This document shows positions 27,895 through 38,431 of a DNA stretch of 64,000 nucleotides, piece after piece (the stretch's first letter is position 1; every line of letters starts with the position of its first letter). Where the stretch lies: assembly GCA_021108295.1 (NCBI GenBank), contig JAIORF010000102.1:226681-290680 (forward strand), in the 5' to 3' direction. Position numbers and translations under genes: made by a program. Origin of the DNA: a bacterium (GTDB taxonomy: Bacteria > Patescibacteriota > Dojkabacteria > SC72). A model generated the notes under the pieces. The model ran no database searches, was not told the DNA's origin, and saw only the letters and a list, made by a program, of their open reading frames with translations.

Positions 27895-28633
27895 ATTCCG
27901 AACCTTTTAATTTATTATATTCCTCAAGCGTATTGAAAGTGTAGTGTTTTGCTTCGGGCATATAGATACATTTACTAAGTAAATTCCCTTTTCTTGCTTG
28001 TTCGATTAAGTCGTTCTCTCCAAAGAAACCAATAAATTCATCGTTATTAAGTGTTTCCAGAAGGGTTTTACTAAATAGGAAGGTCCCAATATTATTATAG
28101 AACTTTGAAACTTTAGGAATATCCTCCGAATAGAATCTAATGCTTTGATTAATATTAACTCCAACAATGTTATCATCTTGATCACAAACAATTGGAAATG
28201 CCTGCGTTGCAGAGCATTTATTTGAGAGAACCAAAAGATTAGTATCTTTAGAAAATTTATTGAAAAAAGTATCTTTGAACATAAACTTTGTGTATGAATC
28301 ACCATTCTGACCTAGTAACACCTCTATTTCTGGGTGTTGTAGAAAACAGTTTTGAATGGATTTGCCATGACCTATTGGAGTTTTTTCATACACCAACTCT
28401 ATTTCGACGAGTTTTTTAAAGCTATTAATTTGTTTTAAAAATTCATCTTTCCTATAGCTGTAAGATATAAAGATTTTCTCGACATTTTGTTTAATTAATT
28501 TTCTTATATTTAATTCCAACATTGATTCATTGTCCTGAGTCCAAGGGATTAATGGTTTTGGTGTTTTATCTGTAAGAGGTTTAAGTCTTGACCCATGACC
28601 AGAACAAAATATATATGCAGAGAGATTGTGCAT
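27887..28633 (-). CDS. sugar-phosphate nucleotidyltransferase (NTP_transferase family)
   Basis: It has an N-terminal GxGxRLxPLTxxxPKPL motif (CSGHGSRLKPLTDKTPKPLIP). It is 248 aa. Confidence 0.65.
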   Translation of the reverse strand: MHNLSAYIFCSGHGSRLKPLTDKTPKPLIPWTQDNESMLELNIRKLIKQNVEKIFISYSYRKDEFLKQINSFKKLVEIELVYEKTPIGHGKSIQNCFLQHPEIEVLLGQNGDSYTKFMFKDTFFNKFSKDTNLLVLSNKCSATQAFPIVCDQDDNIVGVNINQSIRFYSEDIPKVSKFYNNIGTFLFSKTLLETLNNDEFIGFFGENDLIEQARKGNLLSKCIYMPEAKHYTFNTLEEYNKLKGSEYV

Positions 28634-30738
28634 TAATCCTTAATATACAATTTAGCATCTACTGCTACTACTTTATCCTCTGTTAACATTACAGGGTTAA
28701 TATCCATACTAATTATATGGGGGTATGATACTAACAATCTTTGGATATTCTCTAACATATCTAAAAGTTTTTCTTTTGCTAATGTTGGTCTCCCCCTATA
28801 TCCATCTACTATCATAGAAAGTCTTGTTTCACTGATAGCCTCCAACATATCTTCTCTATTAGTAGGGATTAGTACATGTTTGATATCTTTGTAAACCTCT
28901 GTATAAATGCCACCCTGACCTATTGCTAGAAGATGACCAAAACCTTTACCCTTGTCTTGATATATTTTACTATCCCCTTGTCTAGTAGCTCCTATGAAAA
29001 CCTCTGTATTACTCTTGACCATTTCTTGTATCAATATGTCTGGAGAGGTAGTACCTGTAACCTTAGAGATTGCTTCTCTTAGTTCATAGAACTTAGACTC
29101 AAACTCTGAAATGGTTCTAATGTCTAAGTGTACTGCCTTAAAGTCTGTCTTGTGTGCTAAATCCTTCGAGGTTGCTTTCATTACTACAGGAAACCTGTTT
29201 ATTGAAAACTCTATTGCATTTTCAATATGGGGGGTAATGATTTGTTCTGGTATCACAATATTGTGTTCTTTTAGAATACTTTCTGTAATATCATCAGGGA
29301 GTATGACTGCTTCTGAAGATAAGCATTCCTTTACCTTGTCTATGTGTTTTGCAGAGATTTTAATATCTTTTACCTCTACTACATCCTTTTTGGCGATATT
29401 GTTGTTGTATTTTACCAATTTACCAATTATCTCTATCGTCGCCTCTATGTTACTTGAGGTATATATGTTGTACTCCTTAAGAAGATTCACTCCGCTTTTA
29501 ATGTCGTGGTTACCCAAAAAACATGCAAAGATTGGTTTAGATGTTTTGTTTTGTATTTTAATAATGGCTCTGGCTGTACCTACAATGTCTGTAATGAGTT
29601 GTGGGGTAAGAATTACCAATATACTATCTACTTCCTTATCATCTTCACATATAGAAATTGCTTGTTCAAATCTGTCGGCTAATGCATCTCCTAGGAGATC
29701 AATAGGGTTTTTTACACTAGATGCGCTTGGTAGCTCCTTGAGTAACTTCTTCGTTGTTTTTTCTCCGAGTTCGGATAGGATAAGGCCATGTTTTTCTATA
29801 TTGTCAGTCGCTATGATACCTGGGCCTCCTGCATTGGATACAACTGCGATTTTTTTACCTCTAGGGATTCTTTCATTGCTAATTAATTTCATAATATTGT
29901 AAAGTTCTACAGAACTTTGGGCTTGTATAGCATTTCCTTTATTTATTGCTGTAGTGATTGTGTCATATGAGCTGACTAAGGATCCTGTATGGGATGATAT
30001 CGCTTCTACGGCTTTCTCAGAGCTTCCAGGTGCTATTACCACAAGAGGTTTCTTAGAGGCTTGTGCTAATTTCACAAATTCTTTACCATCTGAGAACTCT
30101 TCCATATAGAGTGCTATTGCTTTAGTATTCTCATCATTCTGAAACATTTCTATCAATTCATTTTCAAAAATATCTGCTTTATTACCAATTGATATGATAT
30201 GGGAGAATCCAAAGTTGTCCTCACATGCCATATCAAGTATGGCTGTACAAAGTGCTCCGGATTGAGAAATAAAGGCTATATCCCCACTACCTGGATTCTT
30301 CCTAGCAAAAGATAAGTTGATATTCTCGTTGTTGTTGATATATCCCAATGAGTTTGGACCAATTAGTCGTATATTTGCGTTTTTGAGTTTCTTAGCAATC
30401 CCTTCTTCTAGTAGCCTACCTTCTTTTCCTGTTTCTTTAAAGCCTGCAGATATGATGACTACAGATTTAACCTTTTTCTCAATACATTGATCAATTACCT
30501 CTTCTACTAGATGGGATGGGATGACAATACAGACTTGATCGAGGTCTTCTTCAATGGAGAGTATGGAAGGGTAAGATTTTCTACCTACGATTTCTTCATA
30601 TTTAGGATTTACTGGGTATACTTTACCATTGTATCCTCCACTAACAAGATTTTGAAGTATGATGGTTGATATTTTCTTTGGATTGGTTGATGCTCCAACT
30701 ATTGCAATCGATCGGGGATTTAAGATATCGGCATTCAT
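28633..30738 (-). CDS. acd: acetate--CoA ligase (ADP-forming), fused alpha/beta subunits
   Basis: It has an N-terminal CoA-binding domain (RSIAIVGASTNPKKIS...YPVNPKYEEI), a succinyl-CoA-synthetase-like ligase-CoA domain and a C-terminal ATP-grasp domain. It is 701 aa. Its start codon shares a base with the stop of the gene upstream of it (KorB, 30738-31592); the shared base is the gene boundary at 30738. Confidence 0.85.
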   Translation of the reverse strand: MNADILNPRSIAIVGASTNPKKISTIILQNLVSGGYNGKVYPVNPKYEEIVGRKSYPSILSIEEDLDQVCIVIPSHLVEEVIDQCIEKKVKSVVIISAGFKETGKEGRLLEEGIAKKLKNANIRLIGPNSLGYINNNENINLSFARKNPGSGDIAFISQSGALCTAILDMACEDNFGFSHIISIGNKADIFENELIEMFQNDENTKAIALYMEEFSDGKEFVKLAQASKKPLVVIAPGSSEKAVEAISSHTGSLVSSYDTITTAINKGNAIQAQSSVELYNIMKLISNERIPRGKKIAVVSNAGGPGIIATDNIEKHGLILSELGEKTTKKLLKELPSASSVKNPIDLLGDALADRFEQAISICEDDKEVDSILVILTPQLITDIVGTARAIIKIQNKTSKPIFACFLGNHDIKSGVNLLKEYNIYTSSNIEATIEIIGKLVKYNNNIAKKDVVEVKDIKISAKHIDKVKECLSSEAVILPDDITESILKEHNIVIPEQIITPHIENAIEFSINRFPVVMKATSKDLAHKTDFKAVHLDIRTISEFESKFYELREAISKVTGTTSPDILIQEMVKSNTEVFIGATRQGDSKIYQDKGKGFGHLLAIGQGGIYTEVYKDIKHVLIPTNREDMLEAISETRLSMIVDGYRGRPTLAKEKLLDMLENIQRLLVSYPHIISMDINPVMLTEDKVVAVDAKLYIKD

Positions 30739-31592
30739 TATTTAAAATCTTCTAGAAGTTTAGATATGTCATATTGTTTAACTTCGTCTACTAACTCTGT
30801 ACCTAAACCCTTTCTATTTTCTAATCTGTCGTAGAAGGTCGGTATCGATTTGTCTGTGTATATTATACCTGTTTTAATCTTTTCGTGCATAGAAATTATC
30901 TCTTTTGCTTTGTTTATAGTTGAAAGTGGTTTATCTAGTTTCTCAATTCTTTGTGCAAACCACTCAAGGGATGATTCTTTGTTGTAGGTAGGACATATTT
31001 GCATTATTTCAATTACACTACATCCTTTGTGTAATATTGCCTCTTTGAGAATCTCTGTAAGTTGAAGAGGATCCCCGGAGTATCCTCTTGCAAAGAAGCT
31101 TGGCTTACTACTAAATACAATCTCTCCTATACTCATTTCTCTTTCAGGTCTTCCGTCTGGAAGGCCGTACATTTTCTTACCTTCTGGTGTAGTAGCAGTG
31201 GCCTGTCCTGTTGTAAGGGCGAAGTTTTGGTTGTTGTGGATTAGGATTGTAATGTTGTAATTGCTTCGGATGGCGTGTATTAGATGATCTAACCCTTCGT
31301 GTAAACAGCCTCCATCTCCTATGGTGGCAAGTACTGTCATCTTTCTGTTTGCTAGGTGTGAACCTATGGCTAGTGGTATTGATCGACCATGTAGTCCTTT
31401 GAATGCGTTTACATTGATTTTATCGGCTCCGTTTCCACTACATCCTATGTCAAAGGTGACAAATGCCTGATTTGGGGTTATCTCTAGTTCTCCTAAAGCT
31501 TTTTTAATTGCGATATGGATTGCATAGTTACCACAGCCCATACACCATGTTGGTTTTACTTCTTTGTTGTATTGTGTAATTGGTATTGGCAT
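30738..31592 (-). CDS. 2-oxoacid:ferredoxin oxidoreductase beta subunit (TPP-binding)
   Basis: It has the TPP-binding GDGG motif (TIGDGGCLHEG) and N-terminal Cys motifs typical of POR/KOR beta subunits (WCMGCGNY). It is tightly coupled to the alpha gene, with a 1-nt gap. Confidence 0.85.
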   Translation of the reverse strand: MPIPITQYNKEVKPTWCMGCGNYAIHIAIKKALGELEITPNQAFVTFDIGCSGNGADKINVNAFKGLHGRSIPLAIGSHLANRKMTVLATIGDGGCLHEGLDHLIHAIRSNYNITILIHNNQNFALTTGQATATTPEGKKMYGLPDGRPEREMSIGEIVFSSKPSFFARGYSGDPLQLTEILKEAILHKGCSVIEIMQICPTYNKESSLEWFAQRIEKLDKPLSTINKAKEIISMHEKIKTGIIYTDKSIPTFYDRLENRKGLGTELVDEVKQYDISKLLEDFK

Positions 31593-31593
31593 A

Positions 31594-33294
31594 TTAGTTG
31601 TGCAAGAAATCTAAAATATCTTCTATAAAGAGTGGTCTTCCATCATATTTGAGTATTCTTTCAGGAATCTCAAACCCACTTTCTTGTTTAATTAGTTTCG
31701 CGAAGTCTCCTGTTTGATTGTTTTCTACAATTACAACCCTAGCTCCTTCCTCATGGAATTCGATTAGTCTTTCATATTTCAGAGGGTAAATATATTGGTA
31801 GTGTAAATATCCAATGTGTGAGTTGTCTTTTAGTATATCTCTTATGGTATTGCCTACACTCCCATATCCCACAAAAACAATTTCGGGGTTTTTATTTCCA
31901 AAATATAGTGGGTCTGGGATTTGCTCTCTTAATGTTTCTGTTTTTCTTAATCGTTTGTCAGACATTTCTACTACCTCATTAGATTGTTCTGTGCTCTCTC
32001 CAGTAATCTTATGCTCATCACTATTTTGTAAGTAGGTAGGGCTATCAGCAGATGGTATCCATCTGGGTGATATTCCACTGTCTGTTATTTCATACCTATT
32101 TTCGCCTGTTGTAATTCCTCTTTCAATCATAGTTGGTTTAGGTAGTTCTTTAATGTTAAAAATTGATTCTGCAATTTGTTTGTCTGTAAGAAGTATTACT
32201 GGTATCTGATATGTTTCTGCAATATTAAAGGCTTCCTGGGTAAGAGTGTAGGCATCTTGTGGGTCGCTTACTGAGAGGACACATCTACTAAACGCTCCAT
32301 GTCCTCCATGCACTGCAAGAGATATGTCTCCTGCTCCAGTCCATGTTGGTAGTCCAGTACCTGCTCCTGCTCTTTGTGCTAGTACAATGATTAGTGGGGT
32401 TTCTGAGATTCCTGCACATGATATTGTTTCGCACATTAGATCAAAGCCTCCTCCAGAGGTTACAGTCATTGCCCTAGTTCCCATATTCATACTTCCCATA
32501 GAGAGTTGTGCTGCAGTAATTTCGTTTTCTGCTTGTTTAATGAGTATGCCCGTTTCTTTGTAGGTGTCTCCAAGATATTTCAAGATTGATGTTGCAGGTG
32601 TCATTGGATATGCATAGAGTGCTCTACATCCTGCTGATATTGCGCCAAGGGATATTGCCTCATTGCCTGTGATATTAAGAGAGTCTTTCCATTTCTTGCT
32701 TGATTTAAATGTAAGTGGTTTGAGTATTTCCTTTTTAATTTGTTCAGAGTTGTAACCAGCTCTCACACACCTTATCTCTGCTCCTAAATCGATGTTTTTG
32801 TCTTTAAAGGTCTCTCTTACAATTTCTTCTAGTGGTTTAGTATCTAGTTCGAGAAGTTTCCAAATGAAGCCTAGTATTACCATATTTGCCATTATCTCTA
32901 TTCCTTCAACCTCTAGTGCCATTTTAACCGTGTCTAGGGATATTAAGGAGATATTGTTCTTTTCGATGTAGTCCTTTTCTTCTTGAGAGAGGTTTAGCTC
33001 TTCTTTGTTATATATTATTACACCATTTGGTGATACAGAAGGAAAATATTCGTGTATTGCGTCTATGTCTAGGACTGATAGGATGTCACAAGTCCTTGAG
33101 GACGAGGCTATTTCTTCTTGTGCTATGTCTATTTGGTATGAGGCCACTCCACCCTTTATTAGTGATGGGTATTCTCTGTATGCAAAGTTGCAAAGTCCAC
33201 TCTCTTTTATTGATTTACTTAGTATCTGTCCTAGTGTATTAATACCCTGTCCGGATTCTCCTCCAAATTTTACAATTAACCTTTGATTAGACAT
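31594..33294 (-). CDS. 2-oxoacid:ferredoxin oxidoreductase alpha subunit (fused gamma-alpha)
   Basis: The N-terminal gamma-type domain is FGGESGQGINTLGQIL. The alpha domain follows. It is 566 aa. It forms an operon with the beta subunit and acd. Confidence 0.85.
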   Translation of the reverse strand: MSNQRLIVKFGGESGQGINTLGQILSKSIKESGLCNFAYREYPSLIKGGVASYQIDIAQEEIASSSRTCDILSVLDIDAIHEYFPSVSPNGVIIYNKEELNLSQEEKDYIEKNNISLISLDTVKMALEVEGIEIMANMVILGFIWKLLELDTKPLEEIVRETFKDKNIDLGAEIRCVRAGYNSEQIKKEILKPLTFKSSKKWKDSLNITGNEAISLGAISAGCRALYAYPMTPATSILKYLGDTYKETGILIKQAENEITAAQLSMGSMNMGTRAMTVTSGGGFDLMCETISCAGISETPLIIVLAQRAGAGTGLPTWTGAGDISLAVHGGHGAFSRCVLSVSDPQDAYTLTQEAFNIAETYQIPVILLTDKQIAESIFNIKELPKPTMIERGITTGENRYEITDSGISPRWIPSADSPTYLQNSDEHKITGESTEQSNEVVEMSDKRLRKTETLREQIPDPLYFGNKNPEIVFVGYGSVGNTIRDILKDNSHIGYLHYQYIYPLKYERLIEFHEEGARVVIVENNQTGDFAKLIKQESGFEIPERILKYDGRPLFIEDILDFLHN

Positions 33295-33376
33295 GGATAA
33301 TTAGTTTAACCTTATATATGTTCAGATTATCATTTCAAATATTTTAAGTCAAAAGGATATATGTTAGAATATCGAC

Positions 33377-34342
33377 ATGTTAATAGATGAAAAGAAACTA
33401 AAAATTAAGTCAGGGGATGGTGGGGAGGGATTAATCTCTTTTGATAATCGAGGTAAGGCATATGGTGGAGATGGTGGGAATGGAGCTAATGTCATTATCG
33501 TTGGGAATGTAAATGTCTACGATCTTTCAAAGTTCGACTCTAATCATACTTACAAAGCAGATACTGGGGATAGGGGGCATACACATTGCAGACATGGTAA
33601 AGATGGTGAGCCTCTTAGATTGGAAGTCCCATTAGTCACAAAGGTTTACAATATGGAGGGAGAGGAATTGGTAAGTATAGAGGAAGATGGACAAGAATTT
33701 ACAATGTTAGTTGGAGGAGAGGGAGGATTGGGGAATTTCACATTGAGAGGAGAGGGCTGGGATGGTAAATTATCTAGAAAGAGAGCTACTCGAGGTGAGG
33801 AATTAGACATTAGGTTGGAACTAAATCTAAAAACAGAGGCTATCTTACTTGGTTATCCTAACGCTGGAAAGTCTAGTATTATTAACGCACTCACTAGAGC
33901 TAGGTACAAAGTTGCTTCCTATGAGTTTACTACTCTTGAACCACAGATGGGGGTTATGGATGGGTATATTAAGTTGATGGACTTGCCAGGACTAATTGAA
34001 GGTACTTCCGAGGGTAAAGGGGTTGGTACTAAGTTTCTTAAACATACGAAATATTCCCAATTACTTATCCATTGTATTAGTTTAGAGAATGAGGATTTGG
34101 TTGAGAAGTATGAGAGTATGCGAAAGGAGTTTAAGAAGATTTCCACTACACTCCATGACATGGAGGAGATAATCGTTTTGACTAAATCTGATATCGCTAC
34201 TCCAGAAGAGGCTGTAAGCAGGCAGAAAGAATTCAACAAGACGACAGGCAAGTCTGCCATTCTTCTGTCTACCTATTTAGAAGACTCGTTGGATATTCTC
34301 AAGAAGGAAATTAAATCCAGGTTAGATTCCCAGAAGAAGTAG
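33377..34342 (+). CDS. obg: GTPase Obg (short form lacking the C-terminal OCT/TGS domain)
   Basis: It has the Gly-rich Obg fold (GDGGNGANVII...GDRGHTHCRHGKDGEPLRLEVPLVTKVY). The G1 motif is GYPNAGKSS. G3 DLPG and G4 TKSD are present. Confidence 0.85.
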   Translation: MLIDEKKLKIKSGDGGEGLISFDNRGKAYGGDGGNGANVIIVGNVNVYDLSKFDSNHTYKADTGDRGHTHCRHGKDGEPLRLEVPLVTKVYNMEGEELVSIEEDGQEFTMLVGGEGGLGNFTLRGEGWDGKLSRKRATRGEELDIRLELNLKTEAILLGYPNAGKSSIINALTRARYKVASYEFTTLEPQMGVMDGYIKLMDLPGLIEGTSEGKGVGTKFLKHTKYSQLLIHCISLENEDLVEKYESMRKEFKKISTTLHDMEEIIVLTKSDIATPEEAVSRQKEFNKTTGKSAILLSTYLEDSLDILKKEIKSRLDSQKK

Positions 34343-35093
34343 AGTGCGTGCCCATATCTAATACCCGTTTAGCATTCCATCGCAAATCATCATTATCCAT
34401 CATTTTCTCTGAGACCCATATGAGATATTCTCTATCTATCTGCACTATTTCCTCCAGTGACTTCCCAGCATATTTACCAAATCGTATCGTTCTCATAACT
34501 TGTGGCTGTTTAGAGACAAGGATCATTTGTTCTGCAGAAAGCTTTGTATTCTCCAAGAGATAATTGAACAGATCTTTTAGGAAATATACATCACTTAATG
34601 CATCATGCTCTGTGGTATGATCCTTATCCTCTGTCTTGTAAAGTCCAAGGTAGTATCGTAAGAATTGTAATCTATAGCTTTCTAAATCAGCATTACCTTC
34701 TGTAAGAGCATTCCTTGCTACCTTAAGTGTACAAATACTGTTAGGTATCTCTATCCCTTGTTTAATCATCACTTCATTATCAAAAGCTGAGTTATGGGCA
34801 ATCCAAATATACTTCTTTGCAAGAAACTTAAGGTAATCTATTAAATCATCCCCCTTGTACTCTGGATCAATATTTTCTGTAGGCAGCGGTGTGTTTTCAA
34901 AATATTGTTTGTCTACAACCATCTCGGGAGTAATGTGATGTATAGACATAGCACCAAAAGATATCTTCTGCTTTGGTTTAATGAATATATTCATTTGAAT
35001 CTTTGGATCATCTGTCAAAAATGCTAGTTGCATTAAGTCCTTAGACTGGATATCCGTTGTTTCAGTATCATAGTAAAGAAATTTCTTTTTCAT
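34311..35093 (-). CDS. DnaQ-like 3'-5' exonuclease (DEDD family) with a C-terminal extension
   Basis: Exo I motif is YYDTETTD. Exo III is HDALSDV. The likely start is MKKKFLYY at 35093; the track ORF extends to 35114. The 3' end overlaps obg convergently by 32 bp. Confidence 0.7.
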   Translation of the reverse strand: MKKKFLYYDTETTDIQSKDLMQLAFLTDDPKIQMNIFIKPKQKISFGAMSIHHITPEMVVDKQYFENTPLPTENIDPEYKGDDLIDYLKFLAKKYIWIAHNSAFDNEVMIKQGIEIPNSICTLKVARNALTEGNADLESYRLQFLRYYLGLYKTEDKDHTTEHDALSDVYFLKDLFNYLLENTKLSAEQMILVSKQPQVMRTIRFGKYAGKSLEEIVQIDREYLIWVSEKMMDNDDLRWNAKRVLDMGTHSTSSGNLTWI

Positions 35094-35220
35094 ATGTATA
35101 GTATTGTACCACAAGCCTCACATACTCTGAATATACTTGAAATCTTCTTGTCTGTAGTGGCATAATAGAAATGTTGTAGTAAGTTTGATATAGGATATTT
35201 AAAATTGTTATTTCATTATT

Positions 35221-35757
35221 ATGGAAGTCCCAGAGGGTGGTAAGTTCCTGTTTTTCATTGTACCGGTGTTCGCTATTGTCATTATAGTGGTATTTCTGAT
35301 ATTTTCTAAGGGTTCACAGATCCCAAACTTAAATTCAGTAAGTATACAAGGGGAAGAGATTTTAGAGGATATCGATACCCAAGATTTAAATTTAGAGGAT
35401 ATAGAAGGAGAAAATGTTATGGAAAATATTGATTTTGATAAGTTAAAGATAGAAACCACTACAGAAGGGAGTGGTGTTGAGTGTGTATCAGGAGATGAAA
35501 TTTCAGTACACTACTCTGGTACATTAAGAGATGGCTCTAAGTTTGATAGCTCTTACGACAGAGGTGAGCCATTCTCATTCGTACTTGGAATTGGACAGGT
35601 GATACAGGGTTGGGATAATGGGGTTGTAGGAATGAAGGTTGGAGAGAAGAGAGTTTTGGAAATTCCTTCTTCAATGGCTTACGGTGAGTATGGTGTAGGC
35701 AGTATCCCTGGAAATGCTGGTTTAGTCTTTGAGGTAGAGCTCTTAGAGATTAACTAG
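35221..35757 (+). CDS. FKBP-type peptidyl-prolyl cis-trans isomerase, membrane-anchored
   Basis: It has an N-terminal TM helix. The FKBP domain is [54 protein letters not shown]. Confidence 0.85.
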   Translation: MEVPEGGKFLFFIVPVFAIVIIVVFLIFSKGSQIPNLNSVSIQGEEILEDIDTQDLNLEDIEGENVMENIDFDKLKIETTTEGSGVECVSGDEISVHYSGTLRDGSKFDSSYDRGEPFSFVLGIGQVIQGWDNGVVGMKVGEKRVLEIPSSMAYGEYGVGSIPGNAGLVFEVELLEIN

Positions 35758-37199
35758 AGCAATCCAAAAAACATAACTATTCCTAATGCTATCATCAGTA
35801 TTCCTGATATCAGATGCATCATTCTTACGTTGGTATTTCTCCAGTCAGTAACATCCCCAATATTCTTCGTCCCAAGAAATATTAATAGTGTGATGAGAAT
35901 CATTGGTAATACAAATATGAAGTTGTAGGTTAGTAGATATGGAACTGACTTAAGGAAGTCTAGGGTGGATAGCATACCTCCTAAGATTACATATGGGCCA
36001 ATAGTGCATGGGAGCAAGAAGAGCGTCACGAAGAGCCCCATACTAAATGCTCCAAGTGGTGATGTAATTCTGCTTACGAATTTCTTCATCTTAGGTCTTA
36101 GAAACATTGGCATCTCCGTGCCTGCAGTTCCTGGCCTATATTTAAAGTAGTCTTTTAATTCAAGTGTTCCAAGTATGAGTGCAACTATTGCCAACCCTTT
36201 ATAAAAGAGCTCTTTAAAGAGCGTAAGAGACTGGAGGAATTGGAAAGCTTTGATAATGAGAAAACCATAGAACATATACATTACAATTACGGCGAGAATG
36301 AATGCTAAGCCAGAGAACAGAATCTGTCTTCTATCTTTAGGATTATATGTAGAGATAGCGAGAAGCATGAGAAGAAGTACTGAGATCGCACATGGATTTA
36401 TAGAATCTGCTAACGCTAATCCTAATATTTTCGTAAGGGATATTGGTTCTTCACATACTACTTCTTCTTCATTATCACAAAACTCTGTATCATCATTTAT
36501 TTCTGCTTTAGTTTGAACTACATCCCCATTCCATTGAAGTACCCATCCATTAATACTTAATGCATGTTGATATGTTTCACTTCCTCCTGGATATTTTACA
36601 ATTTGTGGGGTTACAAGCTCTCCTTCTTGAATCTGAAGTGTCCAATCTGCTAGTTGATTTGTTAAAAATGAGACTATTTCTTTATTCTGAGCTTCTGAGA
36701 GAGTTGTTATACTCTTCCTTATCACCGCCCTATCCTTTCTATAGATTTTTGGATAACCTTTTAAGGTATTAAGCTCGAAGTCTTCTAATGGAACTCTGTC
36801 ATTTGGAAGGTGAAAAGTATTCGTGGTTGTGTTGGTAGATAAGCTTAGTTTAAGATTGTTTTTAATCTCTGAATCTCCAACTAAGATAGTTTCTTCGCCA
36901 AGGAAGAGTACTGGTATACCCATTCCAACACCATATTCATCGTTGTAATCTGTAATAAGGGTTGCATTCATTGACTCTTCGTATACCTCATATTCAATAA
37001 GTATGAAATTTGAGTTTTCCTCAAGTATTTCTTTAATATATGGTGAAGCTAATGAACAGTGAGGACACCCTATTCCTGTAAAATATGTCGCTATATTAAA
37101 TTGAGATGTTTCTTCTTGTGCGAAGATGTTGGTAGCTGTAAGAAGAAGTATGCTGAAAAAAAATGCTGTAAGTATTGTTTTTTGGAATAGATTTCTCAT
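35754..37199 (-). CDS. thiol:disulfide interchange protein, DsbD/CcdA family, with an N-terminal thioredoxin-like CxxC domain
   Basis: It has a signal peptide. The thioredoxin-like CPHC motif is [14 protein letters not shown]. The C-terminal CcdA-type TM domain has the conserved membrane Cys ([11 protein letters not shown]). It overlaps the start of the downstream helicase ORF. Confidence 0.75.
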   Translation of the reverse strand: MRNLFQKTILTAFFFSILLLTATNIFAQEETSQFNIATYFTGIGCPHCSLASPYIKEILEENSNFILIEYEVYEESMNATLITDYNDEYGVGMGIPVLFLGEETILVGDSEIKNNLKLSLSTNTTTNTFHLPNDRVPLEDFELNTLKGYPKIYRKDRAVIRKSITTLSEAQNKEIVSFLTNQLADWTLQIQEGELVTPQIVKYPGGSETYQHALSINGWVLQWNGDVVQTKAEINDDTEFCDNEEEVVCEEPISLTKILGLALADSINPCAISVLLLMLLAISTYNPKDRRQILFSGLAFILAVIVMYMFYGFLIIKAFQFLQSLTLFKELFYKGLAIVALILGTLELKDYFKYRPGTAGTEMPMFLRPKMKKFVSRITSPLGAFSMGLFVTLFLLPCTIGPYVILGGMLSTLDFLKSVPYLLTYNFIFVLPMILITLLIFLGTKNIGDVTDWRNTNVRMMHLISGILMIALGIVMFFGLL

Positions 37200-37228
37200 A
37201 TTTAGAAATATATACTATCATATATCTC

Positions 37229-38386
37229 ATGAATCTTGAACTCTCAGAAAAACAAACGTCGATTTTGAATGAAATTCTTAAATGGAAAAAGGATCTTCCT
37301 ACTCAATCTGTCACACTTGGTGGCTATGCGGGTACTGGAAAAACTACACTCATGGGTCATCTTTCTAACACTTTAAGGGAGAAAGACAAGAAGTTGAAAA
37401 TTGCTTTCTGTAGCTACACGGGTAAGGCTGCTAGGGTTCTCCAGAGGAAACTTAAAGATACCAAGTCTATTTACGGGAATGATTATATTGGTACTATCCA
37501 TCGCCTCATCTATCGCCCTATACTAGATGATGATGGTGCAATTGTAGGTTGGGAAAAACTATCTCCCAAGGATTTTGCTTACGATATGATAGTTATCGAT
37601 GAGGCTAGTATGGTCACACAAAACATTTGGAACGATCTCCTTTCATTTAGTAAACCAATACTTGCGGTTGGAGATCATGGTCAACTTCCCCCTATTGAAG
37701 GTAAGTTTAATTTAATGGAACAGCCTGAGTTTAGGTTAGAAGAGATATATAGGCAGGAGGCCAACAATCCAATTATTATGGTATCTCAAATCGCTAGAAG
37801 ATATGGAGTAATTCCTATTCAAGATTTCTCAAGTTGTGTGAAGAAATTAGATAAAAGAGAAATTGATACTGGAGAATTTGTACAAGATTTGTTTGAAAGC
37901 TATGATAGTGATTCTATGGTCTTAGTTGGTTACAATAACTCTAGAGTTAGACTTAATCAGGGTATTAGACAACTTCTTGGGTTTGAATCTCCAGAACCTA
38001 GTATGGGTGACAGGGTTATCTGCCTAAAAAATAATCACTGGGAGGAAATTTTTAATGGAATGACAGGTACATTGGTAGATATATCTGAAGATGGGAAAAA
38101 ATACTTTGATGTTGAAATTGATTTGGATGAAGAAGATTACCCTTTCTTGGGGAAAGTGGTTAGGGAGCAATTTAATAGGGCAAAGACATTGTTTGAAGTC
38201 CCTGAAGGCGTAAATCTCTTTGATTTTGGCTATGCTTTGACTGTACACAAGGCACAGGGTTCTCAAGCAAAAAGAGTTGTAGTATTTGAAGAAAGATTCC
38301 GCCATATGGATGATGATATGTGGAGACGTTGGCTATATACTGCAGTGACTAGAGCTAGTGAAGAGTTGTATATAATAGGGGATTAA
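37229..38386 (+). CDS. RecD/Pif1-like SF1B ATP-dependent DNA helicase
   Basis: Walker A is GYAGTGKTT. Walker B / motif II is VIDEASMV. Motif III-like is AVGDHGQLPPI. The C-terminal UvrD_C_2-like segment is TVHKAQGSQAKRVVVFEE. The start is placed at MNLELSEKQ; the track ORF begins at 37175. Confidence 0.7.
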   Translation: MNLELSEKQTSILNEILKWKKDLPTQSVTLGGYAGTGKTTLMGHLSNTLREKDKKLKIAFCSYTGKAARVLQRKLKDTKSIYGNDYIGTIHRLIYRPILDDDGAIVGWEKLSPKDFAYDMIVIDEASMVTQNIWNDLLSFSKPILAVGDHGQLPPIEGKFNLMEQPEFRLEEIYRQEANNPIIMVSQIARRYGVIPIQDFSSCVKKLDKREIDTGEFVQDLFESYDSDSMVLVGYNNSRVRLNQGIRQLLGFESPEPSMGDRVICLKNNHWEEIFNGMTGTLVDISEDGKKYFDVEIDLDEEDYPFLGKVVREQFNRAKTLFEVPEGVNLFDFGYALTVHKAQGSQAKRVVVFEERFRHMDDDMWRRWLYTAVTRASEELYIIGD

Positions 38387-38431
38387 AAATAGTTCAACTT
38401 TTAATAATTAGTGATATAATTAGAGAGAATT

